From a virus (taxonomy: Duplodnaviria; Caudoviricetes): DNA of 35,938 bases. The stretch covers positions 1-35,938 of the IMG/VR virus record IMGVR_UViG_3300006129_000017; one strand, written 5' to 3'. Shown here piece after piece: positions 15,505 to 23,674 of this stretch. The translations under genes and the position numbers were made by a program. The notes beneath the pieces were generated by a model. It saw only the letters and a program-made list of their open reading frames with translations, did no database searches and was not told where the DNA came from. The stretch's first letter is position 1. Every line of letters starts with the position of its first letter.

Positions 15505-17674
15505 TGCTCATATCCGGTTGAGGCGCGGTCTGCGGCGCAGGCGCAGCGCCCTGAGCCCCTTGCGCGTCCATTTGAGGCGGTAGCGCCTGAGAAGGCGCGG
15601 AGGCCGTCAGCGGCGATCCCTGAGGCTCCTGCGGAAGCGCCATGCCGATGGCGTCGCGCACGGCCTGTTGAACGAGGCGCATCAGGCCTTCCGGGTCCAG
15701 CGGCAAAGATTTCTCCAAGGCCGCCAGCCGCTTGGTTTCCGCATCGTATGCTTTCACCGTCAGCTCGTCGCCGCGTTCTTTCAGTTGCGCCTGCGCATCT
15801 TTCAGCTTTTCCGCCAGAGCGTTCGAGAACTGTTGAGCCGTTTGAAGCTGCTGTTGAAGCTGCGCGACCTGCGGGGGCGTCTGATCTTCACCCAAGGCCT
15901 GCGGCGGAACCATCCGGCGAAGACGTTCGGCCATCTCATCCGCATACGGGAAGTCGGCGGCCTGCATCACCAAATCGCCCGCGATCTGCATAAGTTGCGG
16001 GCTTTGCTGGGCGATTTGAGACAGAGCGTTGAACGCTTCCTGACGTTTCGTCGCGAACGATGGGCCGACGTCGGACTCCACTTCGTATTTCCCAACGGAC
16101 GGGTTGAAGATCGCCTTTACTTCTTCGGCCTCTTCGGATTTGTGCTCCATATAGGCTTGGGTCTGTTTCGGATCGATGTGAATTTCCGACTGGCTTCCGT
16201 CGTCCGCCATGATTTTGAGGACGCGCTGAGTGTCGTAGATCTTGGGGATCAGGTCGATCAGGATCATACCCGTGTAGGCGAGCGCGATCCCTTGGTGGTC
16301 GATGTAGTGATAGGTCGCATTGTCCCCTGCCCGCTGGCGCGCATTGATCGCCACGCCTGACTGAGCGTTGCTGTTGGCGCCGACGGTTTCCTGATACTGG
16401 CCCGACACCATGCGAAGTTCTTCCGCCGCGGTGTTCATGCCTTGAATATAGGCCTGAGCCATCACGGGCGGGTTTTGACGCTCCGGGGGACGCAGTTCGT
16501 TGCCTTCCGCATCGACCCCATTGAATGGCAGATAGGCGAAGTTATCCCGGTTGGCGTTGCGCCAGATCTTCTCGTGGCCCTCAATGGCTCGAGCGTCGGT
16601 GATGTAGGGCGACTTGTTCTGAAGCGCGACTTGGGCTGCGGCCTCCGAGGTCCAGTAGTTGTAGTTCCGCTGCGCATCCAAAAGCGCGCGCGTGTGGCCC
16701 TTGCGGTCCAATTCCCCGTCGATAATCGTCTCTTCGCCAACCACCATGACGATGGGGATGTATTTCCCGGGCCACGGCTTGCGATCAACAATCACGTCGC
16801 CGGCGATCTTGAACCATTCGATCTTGGGACGCGACACTTTGCGGAAACGCGCGCCCATCGTCTCCAAAGCCTTGCGGATTTGCTTGGGCTTGACGTCCTT
16901 AAACTGCTCGTCATCGGCGATTTCGGACAGCCTGCGAACGCCCTGAGAGCCGTCAGGCCCCTGAAGCGCTACCAGCTCGTCCGTTTCTTCCGTGACCCGG
17001 AAATATTCCGCGATCCGAATGGTGTCTTCGCCAAACCAGCCGTCGGAATTGGCCAAGGCGGTCTTGGGAAACCGGTCCTTCAGGTCAGGCCACTTCTTTT
17101 CGGCTTCTTCCTTGGCCATTTCCTCGAACACGAACCCGAACCGCGCATCCGAGCGGTCTGGCTCAATCGTGTCAGGGTCGAGATAAACCGAAAGCGGGTC
17201 CTTCACGCGACGGATGAAGATTTCCTGATCGAAGCTGTCTTCGTCCACATAGTCCGTGACGATCCGCCAATAGCCCACGCCCCCTTGGACCTGGCTGCGG
17301 ATGGCGCTTTGATAAACAGCCTGCGCACGCGATTGATATTCGATGTGACGAACGACGCCCTCGAAGATCTGCGCGCTGTCATAGGAAGCGCCGCCGCCAA
17401 CCGGCCGGATCTTGACCGACTGCTTGTTCTGCCTGGCCTCGTTGATGATCTGCAGATTGTGCTGGCGCGTCTTGTTGATTGTGAAGCACGGCTTTTTCTC
17501 GGCTTCACGGGATTTGCGGGGCGTGTCGTCCCACTGGTAATTGTTTCGGCTGTCACCGTTCGCGAACTTCACGTCTTCGATGAAACGCTTACGCGCTTTC
17601 GATTCCCGCTGCTTCACGCGCTCAAAGCGCTTCTTGGCCTCGGCGATGATGGCGGCGTCTTCCGGCGAATCCAT
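15482..17674 (-). CDS. Portal protein, P22 gp1-like
   Basis: 730 aa; KPCFTINK, GKYIPIV, DAQRNYNYW, SGVAINARQ motifs and a C-terminal Gln-rich helical barrel; follows terL. Confidence 0.92.
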   Translation of the reverse strand: MDSPEDAAIIAEAKKRFERVKQRESKARKRFIEDVKFANGDSRNNYQWDDTPRKSREAEKKPCFTINKTRQHNLQIINEARQNKQSVKIRPVGGGASYDSAQIFEGVVRHIEYQSRAQAVYQSAIRSQVQGGVGYWRIVTDYVDEDSFDQEIFIRRVKDPLSVYLDPDTIEPDRSDARFGFVFEEMAKEEAEKKWPDLKDRFPKTALANSDGWFGEDTIRIAEYFRVTEETDELVALQGPDGSQGVRRLSEIADDEQFKDVKPKQIRKALETMGARFRKVSRPKIEWFKIAGDVIVDRKPWPGKYIPIVMVVGEETIIDGELDRKGHTRALLDAQRNYNYWTSEAAAQVALQNKSPYITDARAIEGHEKIWRNANRDNFAYLPFNGVDAEGNELRPPERQNPPVMAQAYIQGMNTAAEELRMVSGQYQETVGANSNAQSGVAINARQRAGDNATYHYIDHQGIALAYTGMILIDLIPKIYDTQRVLKIMADDGSQSEIHIDPKQTQAYMEHKSEEAEEVKAIFNPSVGKYEVESDVGPSFATKRQEAFNALSQIAQQSPQLMQIAGDLVMQAADFPYADEMAERLRRMVPPQALGEDQTPPQVAQLQQQLQTAQQFSNALAEKLKDAQAQLKERGDELTVKAYDAETKRLAALEKSLPLDPEGLMRLVQQAVRDAIGMALPQEPQGSPLTASAPSQALPPQMDAQGAQGAAPAPQTAPQPDMSNDAQAPQ

Positions 17675-17677
17675 GCG

Positions 17678-19231
17678 CTATCCCATCCAGCCGGTCTGGC
17701 TTGGCTCGTAGTCAGAAACAGAAAGGGCCGGGCGCGTTTTGCGGGCTTGAACTTTCATGAAGGCCAGCCGACGCTTCCACGCCATGATCACCGCATCCGC
17801 GCGGTCGGTGGACGATCCCACACGCTTGCGGACCTCGGCCTTTTCCTCGATCAGAATGTTTGTGCCCTTCACGCGGTAACGGGGCGTCGTCAGTTCGGCC
17901 ATCAGCTTCGGATCGACGGGAAGCTTGATATCTTCGCCGCTTTCCGGGTCCAGCGCCTCACGGAACTTCCACCACATTTCGGCCCGAAGGTTGGCGAAAC
18001 CCAATTGCCCGCTTTGCGTTTTCAGGTTCGAGGCGGACGAAAAGACGATAGAGGCGCATTCGATGCCATGACTGCTTGTCAATTGCGATCGAACGCCAGA
18101 ACCCCAGCCTCCGGTTCCGTCCACGCTAAGATCGGCTTCGTTTCGTCGAATGAGCAGCATCTGAGCGGCGATTTCCGCCGGTTTGTCCGTGTCAATCGAG
18201 ATCAGATGCCCGAACCAGTTCTCCGCGTAGAGCGGCGCCATGACAGTCGGGTCACCACCACCAAGAGCCACGTCCGCGGCAAGGGCGATCATCTGCCGAG
18301 AATGGCTGCCAGCCTTGTTCCAGCGCTCGTTCGCAAGCCTGACCCATTCAGTCGGGATCACCTGCCACTCGTGATCCTTTCGGCCCGCGAGGAAGTCACC
18401 TTTCAGCAACTGCGATCTAAGCGGCTCGGGTAGCGCCTGAAGCTTGGCCCGGTAGCCTGTGTCCCGAAGGTATGGATTATCCTCCAGCCTTGAGGGGATG
18501 AACGTTCGGCTCATCGCGCCGTAGTGCTCACCCTCCCGCGTGTATTCGCCTGGCCCCTGAACCCACTCCGTCTTGCCTGCGACCACGATGGCCCAGCGCA
18601 ACTCCCCAGATCTCGCCGGGTTCGAGTAGAGAGGGTCAAGCCACGGGGCGAACTCCTCAATCATCCACTCGCCGTCCCCGCCTCGAGGTGGGTTTGATCC
18701 AAGGATCACCCGGCAACGCTGGCCTTCGCGGGTGGAGCGTAGCCAACCGATCAGGCTCATCACCTGTTCGCGCAGAAACTCCCCGGCCTCGTCGAAGGCG
18801 ATGTAGTCCCGCGCGTTACCCGCGTGCTTTCTCCAGTCGTCCGCTTCCTTAAGACCGGCGAACTTAAGACGGCCCCCGTCGTGGCGCTTGAACACGTTGT
18901 CATTGCCGCCGACGAAGCGACCGTGCGCGGGCTCGCCGATCTGCTTGCAGAACTCGATCAGACCGTCGAGCTGTGTGCCTTCACGGCGGAACACGATGCC
19001 CGAGTGCTGGCTCGAAAAGAATGCCCCGATCTCAAGCGCCGACTTACCGCCGCCCGCGCTCCCGCCAAAAAGTAGGATGTCTGCAACGCTGTTTAGCGCG
19101 TCGGTTTGTGGGCCCGGCGTTGGAAGAAACGGCTTCGCCAGCTCGTCCGCAATCTGCTTGTCGAGCTGTTCGATCTCATGCGGGCTCATGGCCCCGATCA
19201 GAGCTTCCAGTTCCGCCAGCTTGTCGCCCAT
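17678..19231 (-). CDS. terL: Terminase large subunit
   Basis: PGPQ adenine-binding motif, Walker A GGSAGGGKS, Walker B YIAFDEAGE, SNPP, and nuclease motifs ADVALGGGD and DRADA. Confidence 0.92.
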   Translation of the reverse strand: MGDKLAELEALIGAMSPHEIEQLDKQIADELAKPFLPTPGPQTDALNSVADILLFGGSAGGGKSALEIGAFFSSQHSGIVFRREGTQLDGLIEFCKQIGEPAHGRFVGGNDNVFKRHDGGRLKFAGLKEADDWRKHAGNARDYIAFDEAGEFLREQVMSLIGWLRSTREGQRCRVILGSNPPRGGDGEWMIEEFAPWLDPLYSNPARSGELRWAIVVAGKTEWVQGPGEYTREGEHYGAMSRTFIPSRLEDNPYLRDTGYRAKLQALPEPLRSQLLKGDFLAGRKDHEWQVIPTEWVRLANERWNKAGSHSRQMIALAADVALGGGDPTVMAPLYAENWFGHLISIDTDKPAEIAAQMLLIRRNEADLSVDGTGGWGSGVRSQLTSSHGIECASIVFSSASNLKTQSGQLGFANLRAEMWWKFREALDPESGEDIKLPVDPKLMAELTTPRYRVKGTNILIEEKAEVRKRVGSSTDRADAVIMAWKRRLAFMKVQARKTRPALSVSDYEPSQTGWMG

Positions 19232-19237
19232 GGTGGA

Positions 19238-19492
19238 TTATTTGCTCAGGGCCTTTGATCCAGTGTTCGGGGGCGACTTCGGCTTGGGCTGGACAGGCTT
19301 GGCCGCCGCAGACGACTTGTCCTTGGCTGGCGCCATGTCTAGCTTCGGCTTGGTCGCGCTGAACTCTTCCTTGGATGAGTAGCCCTTGGGACCGGAATAG
19401 GTCTTGCTGATCACGTAGCCGTTTTCGATCTTGCGAACCGAGACCGAGGCGTATTCGGAGTCAGGCATGCACACGGATTTGCGTCTGACCAT
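19238..19492 (-). CDS. Small basic hypothetical protein
   Basis: TGATG-coupled start; SVRKIENGYVIS motif. Confidence 0.65.
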   Translation of the reverse strand: MVRRKSVCMPDSEYASVSVRKIENGYVISKTYSGPKGYSSKEEFSATKPKLDMAPAKDKSSAAAKPVQPKPKSPPNTGSKALSK

Positions 19493-19662
19493 CACTTGCA
19501 TCCCTTGTTGATCTTTTTGACCGCAGCCTTGTCGGCCTTACGGTCAGCCTTGGAGCCTTCCCACTTGGCAACAGGTTCGCCGCGCTTCTTGGCGGCGGTC
19601 TTGTCGGCTTTGGCGTCGGCCTTCGACTTCTCGTAAGCCTTCATGGTCATCGGCTTTTTCAT
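19492..19662 (-). CDS. Lys/Ala-rich hypothetical protein, 56 aa
   Basis: Hand-translated MKKPMTMKAYEKSKADAKADKTAAKKRGEPVAKWEGSKADRKADKAAVKKINKGCK; coupled both sides; below the ORF-track cutoff. Confidence 0.65.
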   Translation of the reverse strand: MKKPMTMKAYEKSKADAKADKTAAKKRGEPVAKWEGSKADRKADKAAVKKINKGCK

Positions 19663-19835
19663 CGCGCCGCGTGCTCCCGTTCGCGCTTGGCCACCTCAGC
19701 GGCCATTGTGTGAATTTCGTCCCGGCGGTGCGGGTGTTGCTTGCGCAGTTTGGCGAGCGCGCTGACCAGATACGGATAGGGCATGTCCGCGATGGCGTGG
19801 CGCTTGCCATCTGACGCGGTGTAATGCGTCGTCAC
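19659..19835 (-). CDS. Hypothetical protein, 58 aa
   Basis: Hand-translated MTTHYTASDGKRHAIADMPYPYLVSALAKLRKQHPHRRDEIHTMAAEVAKREREHAAR; GTGA and ATGA overlaps. Confidence 0.6.
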   Translation of the reverse strand: MTTHYTASDGKRHAIADMPYPYLVSALAKLRKQHPHRRDEIHTMAAEVAKREREHAAR

Positions 19836-20041
19836 CGTTTCTTGCCCTTCAGCACTTTGTTCGCCTTGGCGTCGATCTTGGCCTCTTCAGCCTTCGACAT
19901 GCGCCCCGCGTTTACGGCCTGCGTTGCGCGGGCCTTGGCGTTCACGGCATGAGCTTTATTTTCGACCGGATAAGATCGATCCGGGCCAGCGAAGTCGTCC
20001 TTGGAAAGCGCCTTCCGCGCCTTGGTCGTCAGCTTGGCCAT
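19832..20041 (-). CDS. Small basic phage protein, 69 aa
   Basis: MAKLTTKARKALSKDDFAGPDRSYPVENKAHAVNAKARA, a motif recurrent near phage packaging genes. Confidence 0.75.
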   Translation of the reverse strand: MAKLTTKARKALSKDDFAGPDRSYPVENKAHAVNAKARATQAVNAGRMSKAEEAKIDAKANKVLKGKKR

Positions 20042-20241
20042 TGGCCGGTTTTCCGTAAGTTGAGCACCTGCCGCAGCATTTGAACCGCCGTCTGTACGTC
20101 ACCGGGCTTTATCGGGCGATGAACAGGAACATGCGCGTCGGCTTCGACGCTCCAGATGTAGACGGAGGACTTGTCAGAATGGGCGGTGAATTCAGGAGGA
20201 ACGCCGTCCAGTTCGATCGTCGGAAGGTCTGTTACCAGCAT
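20029..20241 (-). CDS. Hypothetical protein, 70 aa
   Basis: GAGGG upstream of ATG; fills the gap in the operon. Confidence 0.55.
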   Translation of the reverse strand: MLVTDLPTIELDGVPPEFTAHSDKSSVYIWSVEADAHVPVHRPIKPGDVQTAVQMLRQVLNLRKTGQWPS

Positions 20242-20250
20242 GACGAGCCC

Positions 20251-20673
20251 TCAATTTCCCCAGGCGAAATAGATATCGCCGGCTGTTCCGTTGACGCACA
20301 AAGTCCCAAGGTTCACGACGCCGAATGAAACGCCCGTGCCCGGCTCAATGATGGCGCCGTTGCCGGTGCCGTCTGCGGTGTTGGTGACCGTGGACGTTCC
20401 AACCGTGCCGTTTGCCGCATTGGTCGAAAGCCCCTTGACCACAACGCCGTTGTAGAGCGTGGCCGACGGAAAGCAGACCGCAGTCCCGGTGACGGAGATC
20501 TTGACCTGCGCCGTGATCACGCCAGCGGGGTTGATTTCCTTCACACCCTGCGCCGGCCGCGTGATGCCCATCGTATCGGTGTAGACCGGCACGGGCGCAT
20601 AGGTTTGCGCATCAGCAACGCCAGTCGCCAGCGCTGACGCAATGGCGCTGACAGCCAAAATACGTTTGAGCAT
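20251..20673 (-). CDS. Hypothetical beta-rich protein with Sec-type signal peptide
   Basis: MLKRILAVSAIASALATGVADA-Q: basic n-region, hydrophobic core, ADA cleavage site; AAGGA SD. Confidence 0.7.
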   Translation of the reverse strand: MLKRILAVSAIASALATGVADAQTYAPVPVYTDTMGITRPAQGVKEINPAGVITAQVKISVTGTAVCFPSATLYNGVVVKGLSTNAANGTVGTSTVTNTADGTGNGAIIEPGTGVSFGVVNLGTLCVNGTAGDIYFAWGN

Positions 20674-20688
20674 CAGGTCAGTTCCTTA

Positions 20689-21030
20689 TCAAGCAGCTTG
20701 CGGAATGATGGTTCCAGACAGGGAAAGCGTGCAGCTCGTCCCGCTGTCGATGTACGCATAGAGGGCCGAGCCCGGCGTGATGTTCTTTCCGGCGAGGGAC
20801 GTGTTCGCAGCTTGATTGACGCTCAAGGCCTTTTTGTATTCGACCTGGTTGGCCAAGGACGCCGCGCCGCCATCGGTCGCGAGGTTGATCGAAACCGTTC
20901 GGGACGATGTGTCGCCGTTGCAAACGGTCGCCGAGGAAACCACGAGAACCTCGCTGGCGCCCAATCCCAACGACAAGGCGGACGTCGAGGTCGAGAGCGC
21001 GAAATTCTTCTGAAAGAGCTTATAAGCCAT
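20689..21030 (-). CDS. Small beta-rich putative structural protein, 113 aa
   Basis: Ser/Thr/Ala-rich beta-sandwich pattern; follows the needle-like gene. Confidence 0.65.
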   Translation of the reverse strand: MAYKLFQKNFALSTSTSALSLGLGASEVLVVSSATVCNGDTSSRTVSINLATDGGAASLANQVEYKKALSVNQAANTSLAGKNITPGSALYAYIDSGTSCTLSLSGTIIPQAA

Positions 21031-21033
21031 GCG

Positions 21034-22029
21034 TCACGGTCCAAATATGTGAGGGGTGATGAGGTCGGCCTTGATCGACTTGACCGCGCGCGACACGTTC
21101 TGCAGCGCCGTCATCACGTTGTTCATTTGGGTCTGGTCGTAGGTCGCCGAAGCGCCTGGCGAGGTATAGGTGGCGTTTGATCCGCGATTGTCAGTGCCGG
21201 TGTCAGCTGTCCAGCCGGTTTGGGTGGCGAGGGATATCACACCCGTCCCGCTGTTGTAGCTGATAGCTCCAGTCCCGCTCAGAGCGGCCTGCGCCCGCGC
21301 GTTCGTGAAAAAGAGATGCGTAGAGCCTTCGGTGATCCCGTCGCTATTCGGGGTCGTGTAACTTATGACGCCCGTTGAGCTATTGTAACTCAAGCTTCCC
21401 GTGACGCTGATCGCAGAACGTGCGCGGGCGTTGGTGAAATAGAGATTGGTCGAACCCTCTACGATCCCGTCGCTGTTGGGCGTGGTGTAGCTGATAACAC
21501 CGGTCGAGCTGTTGTAGCTTAGGCTTCCCGTCGCGCTCAGAGACGATCTGGCGACCGATGGGATGCCGTTTGATAAGATGGTGAGCTGCGAGTAAAGCTC
21601 AGCGACGGCGCCCGCGTTCTGGGACACGAGGCTGATGTTTTCCAACTGCGCCCGAACGTCGTTGGCCTGCACATCGTCGTCGATTTGCACAAGCAACTGC
21701 CGAACCGACTGAAGCTGCGATCGAAGCTCCTCGACCAACAGCCCGACGTCCTCAAGCTTGTTCGTAAAGTCTAGGATCTGTGCCGCCATCGCAGCGTTGT
21801 TGGCTTCCTGCTTCACCGAAGCGTCTTCAACGCGGTTGGTCAGGTCGAGGATCTGTCCTTGAACGGCGCCCTGACCGAAGGCCATCTCCCAAATCGCGTC
21901 TTGTCCTCCGCCTTCCCGCCGGAACGAGTTTTCCAGATACTTTCGCCAAGCCAGCGTGATCGAACCCGACGAGTCCAGAAACGGAACAGTCGGCGGGGGG
22001 AAGGACTGACTGATCGGCGCGCGACCCAT
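21034..22029 (-). CDS. Tail needle (P22 gp26-like) protein with internal repeats
   Basis: N-terminal PPPTVPFLDSSGSITLAWRKYL, long heptad coiled coil, and C-terminus QTGWTADTGTDNRG...SATYDQTQ...KADLITPHIFG resembling the P22 gp26 tip domain as I recall it. Confidence 0.7.
   Translation of the reverse strand: MGRAPISQSFPPPTVPFLDSSGSITLAWRKYLENSFRREGGGQDAIWEMAFGQGAVQGQILDLTNRVEDASVKQEANNAAMAAQILDFTNKLEDVGLLVEELRSQLQSVRQLLVQIDDDVQANDVRAQLENISLVSQNAGAVAELYSQLTILSNGIPSVARSSLSATGSLSYNSSTGVISYTTPNSDGIVEGSTNLYFTNARARSAISVTGSLSYNSSTGVISYTTPNSDGITEGSTHLFFTNARAQAALSGTGAISYNSGTGVISLATQTGWTADTGTDNRGSNATYTSPGASATYDQTQMNNVMTALQNVSRAVKSIKADLITPHIFGP
21233..21529 (-). repeat. Two full plus one partial 43-aa (129-bp) coding tandem repeats
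   Basis: GSLSYNSSTGVISYTTPNSDGI(V/T)EGST(N/H)L(Y/F)FTNARA..A.S.T twice, then GAISYNSGTGVIS; end coordinates approximate. Confidence 0.85.
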
Positions 22030-22529
22030 CAGGCTTCGTCCTTGGACTTCGTCAGCAAGTTGGCAACAGCTTTCGCGCGGTCGCGGTTGGTGACGGCAAC
22101 CTTAATGGGCTCATCTTCAGCGTCACCGCCCGTCAGCGCCATTCGCTCGCCGTATTGCTTCGGGTTCCATTTGGCCAACAGCTTCAGCCGAGTTTCGATC
22201 CGAACGCGACGAGATGCTGGATCCTCACTTTTGTCGTCGGCGATCTCAAGGCATTCGTCGGCAATTTCGTGACCTCCGCGAACTCGCGCGCACGCGAAGC
22301 GTCCTTGGAAATCTTTGTCGTCGTCCAACCAATCGTAAATCGCAGACTTGCTCACGTTCTGTTCGCGGCAGATTTGTCGAAGCGGCTTTCCGTTCGTAAC
22401 TTCCTCAACGATCAAATCAGCCAATTCGGCACGTCGAAACGCGATCCTTCGCGCTGTTGGCGTTGGGTCCGGCGTCGAGTAATTTTCGGCATTTGGCGAT
22501 GGATCGGACTTTTTGGGGGATTTTGCCAT
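22029..22529 (-). CDS. terS: Terminase small subunit (Sf6-type)
   Basis: GKPLRQICRE..VSKSAIYDWL HTH, ADECLEIADD and RVRIETRLKLLAKWNPKQYGE motifs. Confidence 0.85.
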   Translation of the reverse strand: MAKSPKKSDPSPNAENYSTPDPTPTARRIAFRRAELADLIVEEVTNGKPLRQICREQNVSKSAIYDWLDDDKDFQGRFACARVRGGHEIADECLEIADDKSEDPASRRVRIETRLKLLAKWNPKQYGERMALTGGDAEDEPIKVAVTNRDRAKAVANLLTKSKDEA

Positions 22530-22644
22530 CAAAATCGGCCCGTTTTCGCGTTCAGGCTGTCTTGGCCCGGATTTTGGGCTGCCTGCTTCGGAGTGATGTT
22601 CGCGCGTCGGTAATCATTTTCAACGCGATTGGGGGAAAGGGCGA

Positions 22645-22730
22645 CCGACCTGACGGGATTCGAACCCGCGCCTCCATCTGTTATCGGCGATGACGCCGGC
22701 AGATGACTTCTACCCCTGAATTACAAGTCG
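22645..22730 (-). ncRNA. tRNA-like cloverleaf with enlarged anticodon arm (atypical or pseudo-tRNA)
   Basis: Acceptor CGACTTG/CAGGTCG, D-arm TTC-AGGGGTA-GAA, T-arm GCGGG-TTCGAAT-CCCGT; anticodon arm CATCTG-19 nt-CAGATG; no encoded CCA. Confidence 0.7.
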
Positions 22731-22738
22731 GGCAGTGG

Positions 22739-23098
22739 TTAGCTCGCGGGGGCCGCTGGCGGGGCCAGGATAGCCTCCAGAGCCGCAAGATGCGTTGCAA
22801 GGGACGAGACAGCGGCGTCGAGCGCTTGCTGGTCTTGCGAGGCTTGTGCGGCGAGCGCTTGGGCTGTTGCTGCATCGTCTGCGGCCTTTTGGGCGGCGAC
22901 GGCTGCGCCAACGTCTCCAGAGGCGTGAGCCTTGATGGAGTCCGAAAGCGCATCAAGGCGGGGCGCCAGTGCATCCAAGGCGGAAAGGTCGAGGGCCATT
23001 TGATCAAAGTTCCCTGTGTTGAAGGATTTGTTGAGGCGGCGAGAAATTCGGCGAAACTGCGCACGAAGGTGAAAAAACTCGTCGGCCAGGCCGCTCAT
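22739..23098 (-). CDS. Ala-rich helical hypothetical protein, 119 aa
   Basis: ATGA-coupled ORF in the late operon. Confidence 0.65.
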   Translation of the reverse strand: MSGLADEFFHLRAQFRRISRRLNKSFNTGNFDQMALDLSALDALAPRLDALSDSIKAHASGDVGAAVAAQKAADDAATAQALAAQASQDQQALDAAVSSLATHLAALEAILAPPAAPAS

Positions 23099-23295
23099 TC
23101 GGCTGACCCCTGCATCGCCCGTTCAACCCGGCGCCGGTTTGCGCTTACGTGGTTGAGAAAATAGCTGAAGCGACCTGTTTCACGGATGGCTCGGACTCGA
23201 ACCCGGCCCATCGGCACGTCAGCAAAGCCGTAGCCGTGATGCGTCGCGCGCTGGGCCATAACGCTGGCTGCAAGTTCCAGGTCTTCCAAGGTCAT
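23095..23295 (-). CDS. Hypothetical protein, 66 aa
   Basis: Start MTLEDLELAAS, ATGA-coupled at both ends. Confidence 0.6.
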   Translation of the reverse strand: MTLEDLELAASVMAQRATHHGYGFADVPMGRVRVRAIRETGRFSYFLNHVSANRRRVERAMQGSAE

Positions 23296-23510
23296 TGGAT
23301 CGCCGCGCTTGTCGGAGCGTTCTGAACGGGAAGTTGAAGGGACATGCCTTCGCACCACGTCGCGCCGGTCAGGAGCATATTCGCCAGCTCGCGCGCCACT
23401 GGCTCAGTCAGCGTAAACGCCTCGACGCCGTTGATGTGAAACGACAGATATGGGCCTTGAAGCGAAACGCATTCGACGAGGTTGATCACCCGTGACGGAG
23501 CAACGGTCAT
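23292..23510 (-). CDS. Hypothetical protein, 72 aa; first late-operon gene
   Basis: Follows the structured leader; coupled to the next gene. Confidence 0.5.
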   Translation of the reverse strand: MTVAPSRVINLVECVSLQGPYLSFHINGVEAFTLTEPVARELANMLLTGATWCEGMSLQLPVQNAPTSAAIQ

Positions 23511-23545
23511 GACGTTTTCCGGGGTAAACCTTTGATGAGAAAGCG

Positions 23546-23618
23546 GCGGGGTTTTTAACGAGGTCCCCGCGCCTCATGTGGGCGACCGGCAGTCGGATCT
23601 ATCGATCCTGACGCGGTT
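23546..23618 (-). other. Structured late leader: long hairpin followed by H-type pseudoknot
   Basis: ACCG-C-GTC-A-GGATC-GATA-GATCC-GAC-TGC-CGGT, then TGAGG-C-GCGGGG-A-CCTCG-TTAAAAA-CCCCGC. Confidence 0.55.
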
Positions 23619-23634
23619 TCTGCGACCTATCTTT

Positions 23635-23663
23635 TGATTGGTGCAGTTCTGTATTCGTGTCAA
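23635..23663 (-). promoter_or_regulatory. Candidate late promoter
   Basis: TTGACA at 23663-23658 just after the late-regulator-position gene; the -10 is poor. Confidence 0.4.
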
Positions 23664-23674
23664 ACGGTTTTAAG

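Noticed and set aside
16442-18433. 663-aa plus-strand ORF and similar long antisense ORFs (11673-12869, 13413-14183, 14240-15124)
   Set aside because: Shadows of portal, terL, coat and scaffold caused by high-GC codon bias; no recognisable motifs.
22645-22730. Ordinary functional tRNA, or tRNA remnant marking an att site
   Set aside because: The 19-nt anticodon loop is non-canonical; the element is mid-late-operon with no integrase nearby or duplicate core seen.
22681-23164. 127-aa and 153-aa ORFs overlapping the tRNA-like element
   Set aside because: Alternative-frame or antisense to the coupled 119-aa gene.
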